From an uncultured Spirochaetota bacterium (GTDB taxonomy: Bacteria; Spirochaetota; Brevinematia; Brevinematales; JAOACQ01): DNA of 64,000 bases. Made by a program: the position numbers and the translations under genes. The stretch is from the NCBI GenBank assembly GCA_963768055.1, contig CAVYGN010000002.1, positions 704,001 through 768,000 on the forward strand, in the 5' to 3' direction. This document shows, piece by piece, positions 19,032 to 29,557 of this stretch. Within the stretch, counting starts at the first letter, position 1. The number at the start of each line of letters is the position of its first letter. A model generated the notes under the pieces. That model made no database searches and was not told the origin of the DNA. It saw only the letters and a program-made list of their open reading frames with translations.

Positions 19032-19292
19032 ATGCCACAGTACGATTATAAATGCGACAAATGCGGTTATTTTTTCGAAGTTTTTCAGAAGATAACTGAT
19101 GAAAGGATTGAAAGTTGTCCCGAGTGCGGCGGGTCTGTAAAAAGGATGATAGGCAGCCTTGCCGGGATAATATTTAAGGGGAATGGGTTTTATACTACGG
19201 ATTACAAAAAAAATGCTCCGACATGTGAAAATAAATCGGATTCTAACCCTGCATGCGGAAACTGCCCGAGCCGATCATCCCGGACCGATTAA
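19032..19292 (+). CDS. FmdB family zinc-ribbon protein
   Basis: MPQYDYKCDKCG...CPECGG...IFKGNGFYTTDY. Confidence 0.93.
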   Translation: MPQYDYKCDKCGYFFEVFQKITDERIESCPECGGSVKRMIGSLAGIIFKGNGFYTTDYKKNAPTCENKSDSNPACGNCPSRSSRTD

Positions 19293-19308
19293 ATCGGAAT
19301 ATATAATT

Positions 19309-20442
19309 TTATTTTTCCAGCAATACCAGATTATCGATATGGACTGCGGATGAGTATTTATTCTCCTTTCCAAGAATAATTTCTATTTCAGAATTTTTCT
19401 TTCCAGCGATCCTGAGTATATCAGCTGATGAATAATTGGTTAAACCGACCCCTAATTCATTGCCTTCCGTGTCGGCAACAACCACCGTATCTCCGTAATG
19501 AAAGTTTCCGGATGTTGTTCTTATTCCGCTCGCAAGCAGGCTCTTATGATGGAGGATAGCGTTTTTCGCGCCATCGTCTACATATATAGTGCCCCTGGTT
19601 TTTTTTACACTGATCCATCTCTTTTTATAATTCAGGCTCTTAGGTGAAGGCAGAAATATCGTACCTTCCGACAGATCATGGAATACCAGTGAAAGGATAT
19701 TTTTTTTAAAACCGTTCGCTATGACACATGGAACCCCGGAGAGAGTCGATACCTTCGCGGCATGGAGTTTTGAGATCATACCGCCTTTTGTATAATTTTC
19801 TTCCTGTTTACAGGCGTATTTCATTACTGTGTTTATATTATCGACAACTCGTATGAATTTTGCCGATGGAGTGCCATAGTCCTGGTAAAAACCGTCAACA
19901 TCCGATAACATAATATAAAGGTTAGAATCTGACAGCAAGCTCACATAAGCCCCAAGGCGGTCATTTTCACCGACCTTGATCTCTTCGACGGCGACGGAGT
20001 CGTTTTCATTTATCACTGGAGTTATTCCCATTTCCAGCATAGAATTAAGTGTGTTCCTCGCGTTAAGATAAGAAGTCCTGTTGTCAAATATATAATGCGT
20101 CAGCAATACCTGGCCCACAGGCAGCTTATGTTTATTGAATTCTTCTTTAAATATCTGCATCAATCTGATCTGTCCCAATCCTGCAATAGCCTGTTTTTGG
20201 GATAAGGTTAGTTTATCGGCCATATCCTTGTTTTGAAATAGTTCATATATGCCAAGCCCTATTGCACCGCTTGAAGTTATAATAAATTCGACGCCCTTTT
20301 GTTTTAATTCAGCGATCTCCCTTACGATACCTGCGATATTCTCTGAATTAATGCTGTTCAGGTCTGTTATTTGTTTAGTCCCGAGTTTAATAACGACCCT
20401 TTTAATGTTTAATTCCCTGTTATCCGGCAATTTTATTTTCAT
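19309..20442 (-). CDS. proB: Glutamate 5-kinase with PUA domain
   Basis: VVIKLGT, SSGAI, PVINENDSV, GGMISKL, C-terminal PUA (VDDGA...SLLASGI). Confidence 0.96.
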   Translation of the reverse strand: MKIKLPDNRELNIKRVVIKLGTKQITDLNSINSENIAGIVREIAELKQKGVEFIITSSGAIGLGIYELFQNKDMADKLTLSQKQAIAGLGQIRLMQIFKEEFNKHKLPVGQVLLTHYIFDNRTSYLNARNTLNSMLEMGITPVINENDSVAVEEIKVGENDRLGAYVSLLSDSNLYIMLSDVDGFYQDYGTPSAKFIRVVDNINTVMKYACKQEENYTKGGMISKLHAAKVSTLSGVPCVIANGFKKNILSLVFHDLSEGTIFLPSPKSLNYKKRWISVKKTRGTIYVDDGAKNAILHHKSLLASGIRTTSGNFHYGDTVVVADTEGNELGVGLTNYSSADILRIAGKKNSEIEIILGKENKYSSAVHIDNLVLLEK

Positions 20443-21443
20443 GAACTTTTCTCAATTTCCATGTATTTATCAATCAGGCTGTATTTTAATTCTTTCAATC
20501 CTATGCCTGTAAGCGCCGAGATCAGAAAAACCTCACCGGCGATATTTTTAAATTTTGCTAATAGAGCCAACCTGGCCTTTTCATCAAAAGTCAGATCTAT
20601 TTTATTTAAAGCGACTATATATGGCCTGTTATAAATATTAATAGAATAACCTGCCAGCTCTTTTCTTAATATTTTGAATTTATTTTCAGGATCATCATTT
20701 GAATCTAAAATAAATAATATAAGGCTTGTTCTTTCGATATGCTTGAGAAAATCGGTGCCGAGACCTTTACCTGTATTGGCGCCTTCAATCAAACCCGGTA
20801 TGTCGGCTATTACCAGGCTTTGGTAACTGTCATCTGAATTCATAATACCGATGTTAGGGTGAAGGGTTGTAAAGGGGTAATTGCCTATTTTAGGCCTTGC
20901 ATTTGTAATTTTTGAAATCAGGGTCGATTTACCCGAATTTGGAAAACCAACAAGGCCTATATGCGCAATCATTTTTAATTCCAGGGCTAAATTTATTTCA
21001 TCTCCAGATTTTCCCTTTTGCGCGTAAAACGGTGTCTGATTCGTAGGGCCTTTAAAATGAACATTTCCCTTGCCCCCGATTCCTCCCCGCGCAGCAATAA
21101 ATTCAGATTCATTTTCTGTAAGATCGGCAAGAAAGCCCCCTGTATCTGCATTGTTTATTATCGTACCGGCAGGCACTTCTATGGATAATGAGGAACCATT
21201 TTTCCCGGTTTTTTTGTTCGACAACCCTTTCCCGCCGTCTTCCGCTTTAAATTTTTGATTGTTATGTAAATATGATAGAGTTCTCAGATGGGGATTGACT
21301 TTTATTATTACATTCCCGCCTTTCCCTCCGTCACCTCCGTCTGGGCCGCCTTTAGGGATATATTTCTCTCTTCGGAAAGTGGCCGCACCGGCGCCTCCTT
21401 TCCCGGCTTTCACAACGATCCGGACTTCGTCCTTAAACATCAT
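20439..21443 (-). CDS. obgE: GTPase ObgE/CgtA
   Basis: FRREKYIPKGGPDGGDGG, GFPNSGKST, YPFTTLHPN, DIPGLIEGA, NKID; ATGA overlap with upstream stop. Confidence 0.97.
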   Translation of the reverse strand: MMFKDEVRIVVKAGKGGAGAATFRREKYIPKGGPDGGDGGKGGNVIIKVNPHLRTLSYLHNNQKFKAEDGGKGLSNKKTGKNGSSLSIEVPAGTIINNADTGGFLADLTENESEFIAARGGIGGKGNVHFKGPTNQTPFYAQKGKSGDEINLALELKMIAHIGLVGFPNSGKSTLISKITNARPKIGNYPFTTLHPNIGIMNSDDSYQSLVIADIPGLIEGANTGKGLGTDFLKHIERTSLILFILDSNDDPENKFKILRKELAGYSINIYNRPYIVALNKIDLTFDEKARLALLAKFKNIAGEVFLISALTGIGLKELKYSLIDKYMEIEKSS

Positions 21444-22906
21444 AAATTGAAGACCCACCATTCATCGCATTTTTCGCAAAGAGGGGGGGTGGAAAAATTC
21501 TCATTCCAGTGTTCCTTATACGCCGAGTTCATATTGTTCCAGCAATTTTCTATTCCATCAGTGAGCATGTTTCCCATTAAAATGCGGGCATTATAATCCT
21601 GTCTGCAGAGCGGTACGTTGCCATCCGAATGGATAACCATATCGTGTTTCAAATGCAGGCAGGGGAAGCGCCTGACCGGCGACAGATCGACGACCCTGAA
21701 CTTATCCAGCATCCCTCCGAAAGTATCCGGTTTTTTTATTATTATCCTTTCTGAGAATTCCCTCCATCTTTCATAAAATTGTAAAAGCTCATTTTCATTT
21801 TCCGTGGTCCGTGTAAATTGAATATATATTTTCTCTCTATTTTCCATTATTTTTATCTTTTCCTCCATGGCCGCAAGCCCTTCGAAGGGAATAAGGGTAT
21901 TAAGGGGTTTTTTATATAAGGCGAAAGTATCATTTTTTGAGGAACTGACATCGAAAATAACCCTTACATTCGGCAATTTGAGCAGGGCTTTGACCGGGTC
22001 CGTGTTATTGAAAAGGCATCGGCTTTCGATAAGAAACTGAATTTGAGGGTATTTGCCTATTTCAGTTATAACATCCCCGATTGCTGAATATAACATGGGT
22101 TCACCGAAAAGACCCAGACTGACAGCCGGGTTATATGAAAATTCGGATATCTGCCCAATGATTTTTGTGAAATCGACGATATTAATTTCCGGTCTTCCAT
22201 CGAGCTTTCCAGAGATAAAAAAATCACTGTTTTCTCTCTCGGAATTTAGCTCGATCTCAAAATAAGTAGGCCGTTTCCTGATGATGCCGGGATTGTTATT
22301 GATCAAAGCTTCGAGTTCCAGATGGGACAAATTATTGCTTCCTCTGGATACGATATCATCAAGAATAAGATAATTGTTATAATTATCGGGGACGAAATTA
22401 ACTCTGTAATTAATTAGCCTGCATGGAGATATGTATATATTACAGTCATAGGAGGATATGTCTTTTTCGAAAATTTCTTTAACGCTGTTCCTGAAAAGAG
22501 GGAGGTTTTCCGGTATGGTTTTTAAGATAAAACCGGCAACATCGCTTTCCAGGATCTCAGGGAAGAGGCCGGCCGGTAAATTTTCAGGGAATGTGTAGTC
22601 GAACGCGAAACGTTTATGCTCCTCAAGCATTTTCCTTGTCGATTCAAGGTCCAGCAAAGGCGAAAAGGCGTTCATAATAATGACGCTTTTACCTTTCAGT
22701 CTGTCCTTTAAAAAAGTTAAAAAATCTTTTGAAGTTTTATATGATAAGACCTTTATATTGTCTCCGTATTTAATGGGGGGATTGCCGGATAATATATAGA
22801 TCTCATCAGTTAAATGCTTGATTTTCGACAGGGTTATATCGAAAAAGACCTGGAGCTTTTCCCGGTCTGAAAACTTATTGTCTACGAGTATCGCCGCAAG
22901 GCTCAC
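21440..22906 (-). CDS. spiro-SPASM protein
   Basis: Cytidylyltransferase-like N-terminus (DYTFPENLPAGLFPEI), radical-SAM-like core lacking CxxxCxxC, C-terminal SPASM (RRFPCLHLKHDMVIHSDGNVPLCRQD...CEKCDEW). Confidence 0.85.
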   Translation of the reverse strand: MSLAAILVDNKFSDREKLQVFFDITLSKIKHLTDEIYILSGNPPIKYGDNIKVLSYKTSKDFLTFLKDRLKGKSVIIMNAFSPLLDLESTRKMLEEHKRFAFDYTFPENLPAGLFPEILESDVAGFILKTIPENLPLFRNSVKEIFEKDISSYDCNIYISPCRLINYRVNFVPDNYNNYLILDDIVSRGSNNLSHLELEALINNNPGIIRKRPTYFEIELNSERENSDFFISGKLDGRPEINIVDFTKIIGQISEFSYNPAVSLGLFGEPMLYSAIGDVITEIGKYPQIQFLIESRCLFNNTDPVKALLKLPNVRVIFDVSSSKNDTFALYKKPLNTLIPFEGLAAMEEKIKIMENREKIYIQFTRTTENENELLQFYERWREFSERIIIKKPDTFGGMLDKFRVVDLSPVRRFPCLHLKHDMVIHSDGNVPLCRQDYNARILMGNMLTDGIENCWNNMNSAYKEHWNENFSTPPLCEKCDEWWVFNL

Positions 22907-23160
22907 ATCCAGCTCCTTATTAAATTAATAATCGTTAGTGAAAGCCACAGATTACACGGATATATTATTATAATTATGTTAAAGAGTTATCGCAATTTTA
23001 ATTAGAACGATTAAGCCAAAATCTCTTATCGAGTCTTTGCGTTAACGGTCTTGGATGCGGCGTCATTCCGGCAAGGCCGGATATTTTATTATAAAAAATC
23101 ACGTTTTTTTTTAAAAATCCGATATTAGCGATATTAGATTAAAAAACGGGGTAATTTCAA

Positions 23161-23979
23161 ATGAGACAGCTATTCGCAATCGTTATATTTATTTTATTAT
23201 TTTCTTTCTCTTTCGGGGATGATTTTATTATCGACGAACCGGGTTCAAACAGCAATTCCTCTTCGCCTGTGAAAACCTCGCCAGGATTCACTCCGGGACT
23301 TACCGGGAAATCTGTGAATTCGATAGGGTCCGTCCCTGTCCCGTCGGGGATTGGAAAGGGAGACGTTGACGGCGAATTTTCAATGTATGATGACGGCGGT
23401 GTAAATATGCGGTTTATCGTGGGGATTATGGATGCGATAGATATAGGAATTTCAGAGAACCTTGACGGCCTTATAGGATCGGGCAATATTAATGTGAATA
23501 TTCCCGGAGCATATATAAAGGTTACACTTATTAAGGATTTGAATAATTTTAACTGGGCTTTCGGCTTTGACAGTTTTGCTTACGGGACTGAGGGAACTTA
23601 CTTTCCTACAAACACAAACCTGGCTCCCGCGACTATTTACGGTTTTTATACCGCTGTCGGCTGGCATTACAGCGCTATCGGCGGAAACGATATTCTTTCG
23701 ACAGGGATAAGGTTCCCGCTGCTGCCGGCAGAAGAAAGGGATTTTACTAACGCATCTTTATTTATCGGGGCGACTATAAGCGCGCCTCAATATATATCGT
23801 TTGGTTTGACCCTTGAAAACTTTTTCTTTGATTTTTCCAGGGCTAAATATATCCTTCCTTCTTTTATATTTACAATTACCCCGAGTCAGCCTTTCAATAT
23901 TTCTTTGATCCTGCAGTATGATTTCAGTGTTTCCAGATTGAACAGGATATTATCCCTGAACTATATAACAGGATTTTAG
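23161..23979 (+). CDS. Hypothetical exported protein, probable outer-membrane beta-barrel
   Basis: Signal peptide, alternating amphipathic strands, C-terminal Phe (LNYITGF). Confidence 0.65.
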   Translation: MRQLFAIVIFILLFSFSFGDDFIIDEPGSNSNSSSPVKTSPGFTPGLTGKSVNSIGSVPVPSGIGKGDVDGEFSMYDDGGVNMRFIVGIMDAIDIGISENLDGLIGSGNINVNIPGAYIKVTLIKDLNNFNWAFGFDSFAYGTEGTYFPTNTNLAPATIYGFYTAVGWHYSAIGGNDILSTGIRFPLLPAEERDFTNASLFIGATISAPQYISFGLTLENFFFDFSRAKYILPSFIFTITPSQPFNISLILQYDFSVSRLNRILSLNYITGF

Positions 23980-23986
23980 AAGCGCC

Positions 23987-25213
23987 CTAACTGAGATAAT
24001 TGGCGTTAATCATCACATAGTCGCAGGTTAAATCGCTTGTCCAGAGGAAATATTCCCTTTTTCCTATTCCCAGATCCAAAGTAATACGTATTTCAGGGGA
24101 CAGCAGTTCTCCCGATGCCAGGCTTTCATTGGCCCTATTGACATCGCCTTTCTCGAATATGATCAAATCGTTTATTTTAAGTGAAATCTGTGCGAGTTCG
24201 AATTTGGCTTCGGAATACCCAAGCGCGGCAAGTATTCTGCCCCAGTTGGGGTTCTGGCCAAAAATCGCTGTTTTTACCAGAAAGGAATCGCCTATAGCTC
24301 TGGCGATTTTTTCGGCGTCTGAGACCGTCAGTGCATTATGGACCGAAATACTGATGAATTTGCTCGCTCCCTCTCCGTCTTTTACTATCATTTTTGCAAG
24401 AGTCTGGCATATTATTATCAGTACCTGCTTGAAAAGCTTATAATTATCGTCGTCTTCTGAAATAATAGTGTTTTCTGCTTCGCCATTCGCTATTAAAAAC
24501 ACGCTGTCATTGGTACTGGTATCATTGTCGACGCTGATGCGGTTGAATGAAAGGTCGGCGGCCTCTTTTAAAGAGAGTTTCAGCATATCGTTTGAAATAA
24601 CGGCATCCGTTGTAATAAAAACAAGCATGGTTGCATGAGGCGCTTCCAGAATCGGTTTTATCATACCCGCGCCTTTAGCTGTGCCGCCTATTTTCACCTT
24701 TTTGCCGTTTAGTTCAAACTCATAAGCGCAATTTTTCATTTTTTTATCGGTTGTCATAATTGCATTGGAAAAATTCTTATAATTGCTTTCTGTTTTTATG
24801 AGATTACAAAGCTTTTCAATACCGTAATTAACACGGTCCATAATTAACTTTTTTCCGATAACACCGGTGGAAGCCGCCATTACCGAACCCTCTTTAAGAG
24901 AAAGTAATTTCTCGACCTGTTTTACCATATCCATGGCGTTTTCATCGCCTATCTTGCCAGTTAGGCAATTCGCGTTGCCGCTGTTTACAATAATGGCTGA
25001 GACAGGATTATTTGAACGTGAAATGTCCAGGGTGACCGGAGCAGCTTTGACCTTATTTTTCGTGAAAAGGCATGCGGCGGAGCATGGTGTTTTTGATACT
25101 ATAAGGCCGATATCCTTGTACCCGCCTTCCTTCAGGCCGCAGGATACTCCCGTAGCCTTGAATCCCTGGGGTTCCGTTATTCCGCCTTCCAGCGCCGTAA
25201 ATTTTACTTCCAT
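23987..25213 (-). CDS. argJ: Glutamate N-acetyltransferase / ornithine acetyltransferase
   Basis: NSGNANCLTG, ASTGVIG, AIMTTD, KGAGMI..P..ATML, DNDTSTND, DGEGASK, NWGRI. Confidence 0.97.
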   Translation of the reverse strand: MEVKFTALEGGITEPQGFKATGVSCGLKEGGYKDIGLIVSKTPCSAACLFTKNKVKAAPVTLDISRSNNPVSAIIVNSGNANCLTGKIGDENAMDMVKQVEKLLSLKEGSVMAASTGVIGKKLIMDRVNYGIEKLCNLIKTESNYKNFSNAIMTTDKKMKNCAYEFELNGKKVKIGGTAKGAGMIKPILEAPHATMLVFITTDAVISNDMLKLSLKEAADLSFNRISVDNDTSTNDSVFLIANGEAENTIISEDDDNYKLFKQVLIIICQTLAKMIVKDGEGASKFISISVHNALTVSDAEKIARAIGDSFLVKTAIFGQNPNWGRILAALGYSEAKFELAQISLKINDLIIFEKGDVNRANESLASGELLSPEIRITLDLGIGKREYFLWTSDLTCDYVMINANYLS

Positions 25214-25227
25214 AACTATTCCCTGAA

Positions 25228-26292
25228 TTAATTGTCATCCGGCGTACCGCCGGATTCGGCTTTTCCGAATGCAGTTATGTCAGCACCTTCTGAAAGTTTT
25301 CTCCGAACGAGTTCATCAACTTTTTTAAGGATTGCAGGCTTGTCCTCTATTTCCTTGATAAGATTGTCCCTTCCCTGGGAGATCCTGTCTTCACCTAGAA
25401 AATACCATGTCCCTTTACGCTGAATTACACCGCTGGATACTGCGGCGTCTATGAGGCAGCCTATCTTGGAGATGCCTTTGCCGTAAATGATATCGAATTC
25501 AGCCTGTTTGAACGGTGCCGACATTTTATTTTTAACAACTTTTGCCCTTACCCTGTTGCCGTAATTTTCTTCGCCTTTTTTCAAAGCCTCTATCTTGCGG
25601 ATTTCGATTCTAATGGAGGAGTAAAATTTTAAAGCCATCCCTCCTGTAGTTGTTTCCGGGTTTCCATATACAACACCAATTTTCATTCTTATCTGGTTGA
25701 TAAAAATTAAAGCGGTTTTCGATTTACTGATAATTGCGGTTAATTTACGCAATGCTTGTGACATCAGGCGGGCCTGCATACCCATCTGTGCGTCTCCCAT
25801 ATTCCCGTCGATTTCAGCCTTCGGGACCAGGGCTGCTACAGAATCGACAACGATTAGATCGACAGCGCCGCTGCGGATAAGACTTTCGACGATTTCAAGG
25901 GCCTGTTCTCCCGTATCCGGTTGTGAAATAAGAAGGTTATTGATATCAATTCCGATTTTCTCAGCATACAACGGATCCAGTGCATGTTCGGCATCTATAA
26001 ACGCGCAGATTCCTCCCGCTTTCTGAGATTCTGCAATAATTGAAAGAGTAAGGGTTGTTTTACCGGATGCTTCGGGGCCGTATATTTCAGTCACTCTGCC
26101 GCAAGGGATCCCTCCGATTCCAAGGGCCAGATCAAGCGTCAGGGCTCCCGTGGAAATAGCAGGGTAATCGTTTGTTTTGGGCCTATCGCCCATTTTCATT
26201 ATAGCGCCCTTTCCGAATTGTTTTTCGATCTGGGCCATGGCTATCTGGAGCGCTTTTTCTTTTTCTTTAACATCCATGGTATTGTCGGACAT
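25228..26292 (-). CDS. recA: Recombinase RecA
   Basis: [47 protein letters not shown] before ATG 26292. Confidence 0.99.
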   Translation of the reverse strand: MSDNTMDVKEKEKALQIAMAQIEKQFGKGAIMKMGDRPKTNDYPAISTGALTLDLALGIGGIPCGRVTEIYGPEASGKTTLTLSIIAESQKAGGICAFIDAEHALDPLYAEKIGIDINNLLISQPDTGEQALEIVESLIRSGAVDLIVVDSVAALVPKAEIDGNMGDAQMGMQARLMSQALRKLTAIISKSKTALIFINQIRMKIGVVYGNPETTTGGMALKFYSSIRIEIRKIEALKKGEENYGNRVRAKVVKNKMSAPFKQAEFDIIYGKGISKIGCLIDAAVSSGVIQRKGTWYFLGEDRISQGRDNLIKEIEDKPAILKKVDELVRRKLSEGADITAFGKAESGGTPDDN

Positions 26293-26528
26293 AAAAACCT
26301 CCGGTAGTGACAGAATATTATTTATATTATACAATAGTTTATAGAATATGAAAATAAATAGGATGAAACAAAATTCCCCATCACTTTATAACAAATCAAT
26401 ATTGTAAATGATGTCACTATCAAGTGAAATCTTACAGGACTATCCTTGACTAATGACCTGATCTGCTTTAGAATTTATCGTCTTTTGATGCGGTCATTTT
26501 TATCATAATAATAAAAGGGAGTTAGATT

Positions 26529-26831
26529 ATGGGTTTGGCAAGTTTTATCATAACCGCGGCCGGCATATTGCTGACTTTACTTGGGTTTTTATGGGATATT
26601 AAATTCTTACCCGAAGGATTTGCAAATTTAAAAATGCCTGTATTGTCCATACTTCTGCCTGTTAATATGACACTTCTTATTATCGGGCTTGCGACAGGGA
26701 TCGTAACATACCTGAAAGACATTCAAAGAGGTTTCTCAATGATGTCTATAATATTTTCGGCATTTTTTGGACTTGTGACCTTGAATAATATTTTTGTCAC
26801 ATTTGAGATTCTGGATAAAATCAAATTCTAA
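26529..26831 (+). CDS. Small hypothetical membrane protein (about 3 TM)
   Basis: GGGAG SD; three hydrophobic segments. Confidence 0.7.
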   Translation: MGLASFIITAAGILLTLLGFLWDIKFLPEGFANLKMPVLSILLPVNMTLLIIGLATGIVTYLKDIQRGFSMMSIIFSAFFGLVTLNNIFVTFEILDKIKF

Positions 26832-26873
26832 AAACATTATTTTTCCGGAGAATTGACCATTGATTTTTGAGAA

Positions 26874-26948
26874 GGGCGCTTAGCTCAGTTGGTTTAGAGC
26901 ATCTGCCTTACAAGCAGAGGGTCACAGGTTCGACTCCTGTAGCGCCCA
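26874..26948 (+). tRNA. tRNA-Val(TAC)
   Basis: Acceptor GGGCGCT/AGCGCCC, anticodon arm CTGC-CTTACAA-GCAG, GGTTCGA T-loop; CCA not encoded. Confidence 0.97.
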
Positions 26949-26998
26949 ATTATTATTATTAAAAAATAAGGTAAATATATAACAATACGAATAAAAAA

Positions 26999-28471
26999 AT
27001 GAAAAAATTAATAATATTATCGTTATTTTCTATACAGATTTTATCCTCATGTGTTACACGTCCCGATCAAACCTTAGATAAAAACAACCAGACAAATCGT
27101 AATATTATTGTAGATAAATTATATAATTATTATAGCGCATTTCGAAATGGAAACAGCGCCCAGTTAAAAGATTGTCCCCCTGTATTTTTATCAGCATTGT
27201 CAAACGAGTTTATTTTAAATGTTTTTACAGGCGAAAAAGCCCTGGCAAACGCAGCTTTACTTTATTCCTCTATGACTAATGAGAATGATTTAAACAGGGC
27301 TTTTATAAACCAGCGAATTGGAACTGTATATTATAAGATGGGAAATTATCCGGAATCATATAAATATATAAATACAGCTATTTACGAAGGGACAAAAAAC
27401 CCGGAATTATTTTATTACAAAACGCTGCTATTATATTACTATAAAAAGGATTATACGGGAGCTGAAAATTATCTGGAAAACCTTGACATAGGCCAAACAG
27501 GCCCTTTCCTTAATTATCAGGATATTTTATTTCTAAAAGCCTCTTTGAAATGTGAGAAAAATGATTTCAATAACGCTTATTCGATATTTATGAAAGCGAA
27601 AGATATTGATCCGGACCGCTTTTTTATTTATTACGATATACTGCCTTATTTTATCAGGAGCGATAATCCAGGCATACTGGGCGGCTATATAAAAGATTCG
27701 TTTAAATATCTGACGTCTTTCTCCAACAATAATTACAGGCTGAAAGCTTATAGGGAGCTCATTACTTATAACAGATTACAGAACAGGGAAACCCTTTATA
27801 TACCGTTTAATCTTTCAGAAAATTATAACTATTCGACAAACCTGCTTTATTTTTATTCAAAGGGGTATCCGGTCATTGAAAAAAGAAAAAGCCAGAATAT
27901 TATAAGCCCCCTTCAGGAGATAAAAAAAACATCAAGGGACCTGGTTTATTCCCCTCTTTATGAAGAATATGTCGACTCGGAAAACGGTAGTACTGTGTTT
28001 TTGCAGGAAGGTATCGTAAAACTGACAAATATCAGGCTCTTCCCTTATTCCTATTCTATTCCTGTTACAAAACTCATAACCATCAGCAATATTATCCTTC
28101 TTCTTTCGCCTACAAACCGTTTTGAAGTGGTTACTAATGCGGATAAACAAGATAGTACAAAAGAATATATTACCAGTAACGCGCTCAATGAAATTTATAG
28201 GATCAATTGCCCTTATGATTATTATTTAGACACAGGTATGTTCGCCCTTGAGAATAATAAGACCAGGGATTTTGTGACCTTTGGAATAACCACAAACAAT
28301 CAAGTCGTAGTCTCCATCTTTTATCCTGTTCAAAAAAAACTTGAATCTTACAAATTTTCATTAAAAAGGTATGACAGCGCTTTTGTCATCCAGGATATCA
28401 AGGGTGATAATAATCCCGAATTGATTTTGCTTGACGATGACATCTATATAATTGGAAAGACTAACCGCTGA
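26999..28471 (+). CDS. TPR-containing lipoprotein
   Basis: Lipobox ILSSC; TPR-like repeats (RIGTVYYKMGNYPESYKY). Confidence 0.75.
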   Translation: MKKLIILSLFSIQILSSCVTRPDQTLDKNNQTNRNIIVDKLYNYYSAFRNGNSAQLKDCPPVFLSALSNEFILNVFTGEKALANAALLYSSMTNENDLNRAFINQRIGTVYYKMGNYPESYKYINTAIYEGTKNPELFYYKTLLLYYYKKDYTGAENYLENLDIGQTGPFLNYQDILFLKASLKCEKNDFNNAYSIFMKAKDIDPDRFFIYYDILPYFIRSDNPGILGGYIKDSFKYLTSFSNNNYRLKAYRELITYNRLQNRETLYIPFNLSENYNYSTNLLYFYSKGYPVIEKRKSQNIISPLQEIKKTSRDLVYSPLYEEYVDSENGSTVFLQEGIVKLTNIRLFPYSYSIPVTKLITISNIILLLSPTNRFEVVTNADKQDSTKEYITSNALNEIYRINCPYDYYLDTGMFALENNKTRDFVTFGITTNNQVVVSIFYPVQKKLESYKFSLKRYDSAFVIQDIKGDNNPELILLDDDIYIIGKTNR

Positions 28472-28492
28472 TTGCTTTCGACAGCCCCAGGT

Positions 28493-28526
28493 GTCATTTC
28501 GAGGAGTGTAGCGACGAGAAATCTCC
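28493..28526. repeat. Palindromic intergenic repeat (TGTCATTTCGAGGAG...GCGACGAGAAATCTC type)
   Basis: TGTCATTTCGAGGAGTGTAGCGACGAGAAATCTC between convergent genes. Confidence 0.6.
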
Positions 28527-28539
28527 CCTGTAAATAATA

Positions 28540-29451
28540 TTATTGAAGGTCCAATATCATGCTGTCCCTGCCCAGTGATGATTCCTTTATTTTCTGAATT
28601 GCTTTATTCGCGTCTTCTTTAGTCGCGAATTTTCCCACTCTTACTCTATAATATATAATTCCATTGACATTTGCTTCAACCAGGTAAGATTCAAGCCCCA
28701 TTTTTCTGAGCCCGTCTTCCACTTCCCGGGCCTTTTCCATGCTGGTATGAGCCGACACCTGGATCGTATATTTTCCTTCGGCGCCGGAAGAGATCTTTTT
28801 TATGGATTTCTGTTTTTTATCGCTGTTTTTTATTTTGTCGGAGGGTTTTTCCAGCCCTGTTTTAAGTTTTACATTCTTTTGTTCGGATTTTGAGCTGTTT
28901 TCGCCTTTAATCGGGGGAACTGTAAGATTTTCGGGGACATTATCCTGTATTTTCATATTTGTAGCGTTATCTCCCGGAATTACTGATTTAGTTTCTTCCT
29001 GCTGCGGGAAGTTCTGAGGGAGGTTATTAAAAGCGAAGTTGTTTTCCATTTTTTTCTGGTCGATTTTATCCTCGATTTTCTGCACTTCCTGTTTATTGCC
29101 GAGCGCTAAATCTTTGAGAGTTGTTTTCCCGAGCCAATATCCTATGAGAAATATAAACACACCGAAAAATACGAAGATCGCGCCGGCCCAGACTATCCTT
29201 TCGTCGTTTACGTTTATATATGATTTTTTTTGAGGGTTTCTATCCTGGTAAGGACTTCTGTCCTGGTATCCTTCCTGGTATCTATCTTGATTATAAGGTT
29301 CGCTCTGCCTGTGGATATTATTGCTGGAGTGTTTGTAATCGTTTATTCTTGATCTTCCCGCATAATGATAGCCCTCGTCGCTTATTTCATCTGCGTGGCC
29401 TTCCCTGCCGCCGGAATCGGGGAAAAGATCCATTATTTCGGGTTCGCCCAT
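28540..29451 (-). CDS. SPOR domain membrane protein (FtsN-like architecture)
   Basis: Single TM, low-complexity linker, C-terminal SPOR (YTIQVSAH...YYRVRVGKFATKEDA). Confidence 0.88.
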   Translation of the reverse strand: MGEPEIMDLFPDSGGREGHADEISDEGYHYAGRSRINDYKHSSNNIHRQSEPYNQDRYQEGYQDRSPYQDRNPQKKSYINVNDERIVWAGAIFVFFGVFIFLIGYWLGKTTLKDLALGNKQEVQKIEDKIDQKKMENNFAFNNLPQNFPQQEETKSVIPGDNATNMKIQDNVPENLTVPPIKGENSSKSEQKNVKLKTGLEKPSDKIKNSDKKQKSIKKISSGAEGKYTIQVSAHTSMEKAREVEDGLRKMGLESYLVEANVNGIIYYRVRVGKFATKEDANKAIQKIKESSLGRDSMILDLQ

Positions 29452-29557
29452 AATAATTCCTCCTTACAGGACATTCCTTGCGCTTCCTCTTCCTATATCA
29501 TTTCGGAATAAAAGATAAAATGTTGAGAAGGAAGGATCTTTTTTATTCCCCCGTAAT

